From: Eledone cirrhosa
Taxonomy: Eukaryota
DNA length: 64,000 bases
Reading direction: 5' to 3'
Assembly: GCA_964016885.1 (NCBI GenBank)
Contig: OZ024748.1
Location: 5,580,001-5,644,000, forward strand
Notes under the pieces: model-generated
Told to the model about the DNA's origin: nothing
What the model saw: only the letters and a program-made list of their open reading frames with translations
Database searches by the model: none
Program-made: the position numbers and the translations under genes
Shown here: piece by piece, positions 58,311-64,000 of the stretch
Layout: each line of letters starts with the position of its first letter
Numbering within the stretch: position 1 is the stretch's first letter

Positions 58311-58867
58311 CATACATGGTGGCTGCCAACTCGTTTTCGAGTGCGACCACTACTTTATATCCATGTAGGAGAACCCCTACCGATGCGCTGATCGAGTGGG
58401 ACTTTTTAGTCCAGCCAGCGACTTGAAAACTCTGGTACAAACACTACACTTGTGACAATTATTGACACATTGTGCTGGGCCCATGGTACCATGTGACGAC
58501 AAGTGCAGAGAGATCTCCAGATATAAAGCAATGCCCGTGCCGTGAAGCTTTTATAGTGAGCAAAGTCACTGCACAAAGCCAGTCCCACTCTCTTAACCAA
58601 GATGATATTTACCAAAAAGAACAAGTCAACATCATTGGATACCATCAGGGTTGCAGGTGTTATATCAGAGTTTTCCTTCTCCTAGAATTCTGCCTTGACA
58701 AAGGTTAAGAGGTCATCTCTCCCGGTGATTTTGGAAGGCCATTGACTCTTAAGAGCTCCTTTGCCCTTTGACAGGTTTTGTTTTTAGTCCTGCAGGATGT
58801 TCAAAGTCACCCTCATCACCAAGAAACCTTGGTGGGGTTGCCAGTTTAGTCGCCAACGACCCGACCA
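58311..58867 (-). mobile_element. Second copy of the non-autonomous RTE-like element
   Basis: Highly similar reverse complement of 49407-49988; flanked by (ACAT)n. Confidence 0.8.
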
Positions 58868-58895
58868 ACATACATACATACATACATATACACAC

Positions 58896-58990
<95 letters not shown>

Positions 58991-59037
58991 GTAAAATCAA
59001 AATAGTTCCATGTATTTTATTATGCGCATTTCAAAAA

Positions 59038-59227
59038 CAATTTCGAGGGAGGGGAAAGTCGATTAAATCGAACCCAATATGTTACAGGTGCTTTATTTTA
59101 TCAAACCTGTAAGGATGAAAGGCAAAGTTAATCTTAAGTGGGATTTGAACTTAGAACATAAAGGGACGAAACTATGCTGCTTAGCATGGTATCTGATGCT
59201 CTACCGAATTTGACAATCCACCGCCCT
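59038..59227 (-). mobile_element. SINE family 1 (long form)
   Basis: Core match. Confidence 0.8.
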
Positions 59228-59587
59228 AAATATATAATGTGTATATATATAGTCGATAGTTGTAAGTCTTTCCATACAAATCAAAATATTCAATACATTT
59301 AATGAAATGGAATTTATAAGGAGAACAGAATGTGTAGCTCAAAGACTATACCGATAATTTGATCTCTGTTCTTAAATACAGACGAATCAGCATCTGTAAT
59401 AACTGAGGTCGGATTAAGTAGTGAGAAATTTCTTAAATATTAACATGGATCATTTTACCAAACACAAACACACACGGACTCGCAGAAGTACATTTACACA
59501 TATACCCACCCACACATGCAAATATATGTGTGTGTGTCTATATAAATGAATGTATATATATATAGATATATATGTATATGTACACAT

Positions 59588-59636
<49 letters not shown>

Positions 59637-60394
59637 GATATATATATATATATATTCAGTATATATATATATATTCAGGATATATATATGTAGATATATA
59701 TATACATATATATTCAGTATATATATATATATATATATTACTATATACACACTTGCATATATACATTCGTGAACACATATCGAATGTGTATATTTTTGAA
59801 AAGAAACAAGTTAATAATTGACAAATGTCACAGAAGTAATCTCCCAAATATACACACACACATACACACATATATATATATATATATATCGTCTAATGTC
59901 TCAATGAATGTGTGGGAGGGGTAATAGGGGTGAGAAAGTCATACTATAAACATGCGATATTGCAGCTGTGTGGGGAAGTGGGGGAGATATTTGCCACGCA
60001 ACAGCTAATTATTATCATGGGAACAAGACCTAATGACCCTTCTATTTTTCTTTCTTAATGCCTAAATATATTTCCTCCACCCACACGTGAGAGTATAAAT
60101 ATATATAAATATATATATATGTGTGTGTGTGTGTGTGATTGTGTGTGTGTGTGTTTGTGCGTGTGTGTCTCTCTGTGTGTGTGTGTGTGTATAAGAATGA
60201 AAAGTTAAAGTAAATCAATAAAAAAAGTTAGGAACCAGGAAGAAATATATTTTGATTATCTCCCTTGAGATCTTTGCGGTGTTAATTATCATGATTCGGT
60301 ATTATGTTACATTTACATGTATGATTTCCACACGTTAGGTTAATAATCCTCACGTAAGCTGAATTATCAAATATATATACATTCACACACACAG

Positions 60395-60464
<70 letters not shown>

Positions 60465-60718
60465 AAAAAAGATGAAATCGAAAATGCAACTGGAGTCTTT
60501 TTTTTTTAAATATATTTATTTGGTTCCTTTTTCCGGTTTCGCAGTTCTTGTGCTTTTCAAAAGTAGAATTGTGATGGAGGGGTTGTGGTTTTTCTCGCAA
60601 ATAAATATATTTAAAAAAAAAAAGACTCCAGTTTCATTTTCGATTTCATCTTTTTTCCTTATACTTTCACTCGTGTAGGACACCTCGTTTTTTTTCATTT
60701 AAAAAAAAAACCTCACTT

Positions 60719-60797
<79 letters not shown>

Positions 60798-60799
<2 letters not shown>

Positions 60800-60930
60800 G
60801 ATGGATTCATGTTGAAGGTGGTTAGAACTTTCCTCAACAGAGTACTCGAAAGTTGGGGTAGTAGAGTATGGTTATATTATAAAGAGTAGGTGCCCCCGAC
60901 GGCTGAGCTCTTGCCGTTTCAACAGCTCTA
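60798..60930 (-). mobile_element. Diverged family-A relative in (TA)n
   Basis: Minus strand GAAACGGC-aagagctca-GCCGTC-gggg; agtactc...gggtagtagagt is shared with family A. Confidence 0.6.
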
Positions 60931-61659
60931 TATATATAACGGATTCTGCGCTCAATGCACATAGATATTATAAAACACCTTTTAAAATAAGGTGGAGCCC
61001 CTTGAAAGATGAAAAGAAGAGTTGCCATCGTTTGCAATGAAGAATTGAGCCATATATTTCCCAATTGTGGGCTAGACGCTTTAAGGGGACGTAAGAACGT
61101 TCCACCCCGTATGTGTAACTAAATAACCAGACAAAAGCAGATAGACAACAGATAGACAGACAGACATCTGTATGTAAACAAACAATGCATGAAATCTCTG
61201 ACATTTGATCGCTGAGTATATATAGATATACAGATAAACACATACACAGACAATCATACAAACACACACACACACATATACGCGCACACACACACATATA
61301 TACACACACTCTAACATACACACACATATATATATATGAGCACAGAAATAGATAAGTACATAGATTAATAATCGACCAAATATGTGATACTAAATAGTAT
61401 GTGTCATGTATATATATATATAAAATATTTGTCATATATATATATATATAAAGTATGTGTCATATATATATATATACACACCAACGGTTTTCAACCTCTC
61501 TATGTAAAACAATATATCTTCTCTCAGTTATAAAAACTATCTCTTTCTCTCTATCACCCATCTCTCCCTCTCATCTCCTCCCCTTTTTCATCTTCCCCCC
61601 CCCTCTCTAAATAAAATATTTTTTCCCAATATCACACATCAATCTAAAACCACTTTTCA

Positions 61660-61806
61660 TATGTTGATTTAAAACTGCACTATCCACAAGTGTTTTTTAG
61701 CCTTCATATCATGTTCTCCTGTTTTATCTGATGAAAACACAAATATTATTGCATGATGATGTTTGTTTTTGAAATGCGCATAATAAAATACATGGAACTC
61801 CTTTAA
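61660..61806. mobile_element. End of a probable TTAA-type DNA transposon/MITE
   Basis: Ends ggaactcctttaa; reverse-complement match at about 59005-59040 and a weaker match at 7050-7180. Confidence 0.35.
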
Positions 61807-61915
61807 CCATCTTTTGATCTTATATTATGTATACTCCAGTCCTACAAACTGTAGAGTGCTTCTTATCCGATATCTGCATTGCTTTATTGTACTACAATAA
61901 AACTCACCTCCTACG

Positions 61916-61978
<63 letters not shown>

Positions 61979-62234
61979 ATGTGTCATATATATATGTAGG
62001 TGAATAGTAGGAAAAGGAAAACCATACAAAATGAGAAACAAAAAATATATATACATAAGTAATAAACAAATAAATAATAAAAATAAGTCACAACTATAAA
62101 CAAAAGTGACACACAACACTAATTTTACTCATAATTGAAAAGACGCACCACTAAAATGTCCAATTCTGAGAATGTTGGCCAAATATTTTCTAATGATATT
62201 TTTAGTTCTCTCTCTCTCTCTCTCTCTCTCTGTT

Positions 62235-62282
<48 letters not shown>

Positions 62283-62354
62283 TCTCTCTCTCAATCTATC
62301 TCTCAATCTATCTCTCTTTATCTCTCTCTCTGTATATATATATATATACATATA

Positions 62355-62623
62355 TGACGTGTTTCCGTAGGAAAGGTAACGGAAAGGAGAGTGCTCTATG
62401 TAAGCTACAGAGCTATTTAGTTATGTAATAAACAACATAAGACAATTATTCCATTTACCAAAGGTTTCACGAAGGAAGATGAGCTCGACACAGACGTCTG
62501 AAGCCATCCATCCTCTTCAAATAAAATTCATTCTGATGACGATTTCAGACGTCTGTGTTGAGCTCATCTGTCTTCGTGAAACCTTTGGTAAATGGAATAA
62601 TTGTCTTATGTCGTTTATTACAT
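62355..62623 (-). mobile_element. Family-F fold-back element, second copy
   Basis: Arms 62423-62502 / 62545-62623. Confidence 0.75.
62527..62596 (+). ncRNA. Type I hammerhead ribozyme-like motif
   Basis: ttcatt-CTGATGA-(38 nt)-GAAACC-ttt-GGTA-aatgga. Confidence 0.62.
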
Positions 62624-62742
62624 TAAAAAAATATATATAGTTAATTATATATATTTAATTACATAATAAACTACACAATATAATATACCTGAATATGCAA
62701 GCTCGTCTCTTATTTAAATCAGAGACGAGCTTACATATTGAG

Positions 62743-62890
62743 ACATATCTGAGAATCTTTCGATTCCAGAGTCAGATTCGATCAATAATACATTGTTCCT
62801 CGAGCTGATCGACAGTGAAACATATGTAATATGTTATTTAAATATGTTATGATGCAACACTGCTTCTTTGTTCCTTTATTCTGCTACTAA
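62743..62890 (+). mobile_element. Family-E element with a long-stem-II hammerhead (62743-62834)
   Basis: acatat-CTGAGAA-...-GAAAC-ATAT-GTA-atatgt; homologous to 22724. Confidence 0.6.
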
Positions 62891-62893
62891 TTC

Positions 62894-63072
62894 GCATTAT
62901 CGTTAGAGAATCGGACGCCATGCTTTCCAGCATAGAGTTACTTCCCTTTACGGACTGTGTTCAAATCCTGCCGAGGTTAACTTTGCCTTTCATACATACG
63001 GGATCGAAAAATAAAGTACCAGTAATGTACTGGCGTAATTGCTGGCCTTGTGCCCAAAGTAGAAACAATTAT
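62894..63072 (+). mobile_element. SINE family 1 (short form)
   Basis: Core match. Confidence 0.85.
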
Positions 63073-63149
63073 ACTCTGCTCTGCGCGAAGCATCGAGTTC
63101 TCACCCAGCATACCGCTTATGGACGCAATTATCTTTCACCTATACACCC

Positions 63150-63180
<31 letters not shown>

Positions 63181-63228
63181 CATACATATATATTTATATA
63201 TACATATATGTATATATATACATATATG

Positions 63229-63280
<52 letters not shown>

Positions 63281-63284
63281 TATA

Positions 63285-63364
<80 letters not shown>

Positions 63365-63629
63365 TATATGTGTGTATATATATATAACGGATGACATGAT
63401 CACCTCCACTAACATAATCCACTAGATCATGTGATATGTAAGACGTTATTGATCCTTATTTACTTAATTGTCTTCTGGATCATTTCATCTTCGATTTTCC
63501 TGTTATATTCTTATTTTCTTTATTTCTTTAGCCATCTACTTTCATACTCTATCTTCCTTATCATCATCATCACCGTCTTCAATTCCATAACCTTATATAT
63601 CCACCTATAATATTATATATATATACCTC

Positions 63630-64000
63630 GATGTACCCTGCAATACTGCTATCTAACCTGTAATATCAAGAAATACACTGTTATGCACCTATTTACTCTG
63701 TAATATCACTATATACCCTGGCATGCCTCTATATGCACTGCAATGCTCCTATCTACTCTGTAATATACTGATATACTATGATATGCCCATATCTACACTA
63801 TAATATCCAGATATACCATGCTATGAATCTATCTAACATATAATATCCTGATATACTATGATACGCCACTATCTACCCTATAATATTCTGATATACTCTG
63901 CTATGAGACTAACCTGTAATATCCAGATATACCCTGCTATGAGACTATCTACCCGATAATATCCATATATACCCTGTTCTAGCCCTATCTATCCTGCAAT
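63630..64000. repeat. Diverged 40-bp minisatellite (2 x 20-bp subunits) running off the window end
   Basis: ctatctaccctgtaatatcc-agatataccctgctatgaga-like units. Confidence 0.85.

Overview
Eukaryotic, very AT-rich DNA saturated with microsatellites ((TA)n, (CA)n, (GA)n, (ACC)n, (GAT)n, (ATGT)n), with one 200-N gap. The repeat landscape strongly suggests a cephalopod (octopus-like) genome; that is an inference from SINE types and microsatellite load. Almost all listed six-frame ORFs are microsatellite artefacts and no host gene can be identified with confidence; the best exon candidate is a 39-bp (13-aa, Thr/Ser/Asp-rich) repeat ORF at 1.0-1.8 kb. The window holds about 20 copies of a tRNA-derived SINE, two copies of a tRNA-Arg/CORE-like SINE, RTE-clade LINE debris, a non-autonomous RTE derivative with a perfect 34-bp target duplication, small MITEs and several minisatellites. 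The most striking signal is at least six unrelated families of short elements sitting in (TA)n tracts. They carry type I hammerhead-ribozyme folds (CUGANGA...GAAA...NUH with matching stems I-III) and usually form fold-back palindromes, up to about 525 bp. A decayed Penelope-like RT/GIY-YIG remnant lies next to the largest one. All structures were read by eye and need computational and biochemical confirmation.
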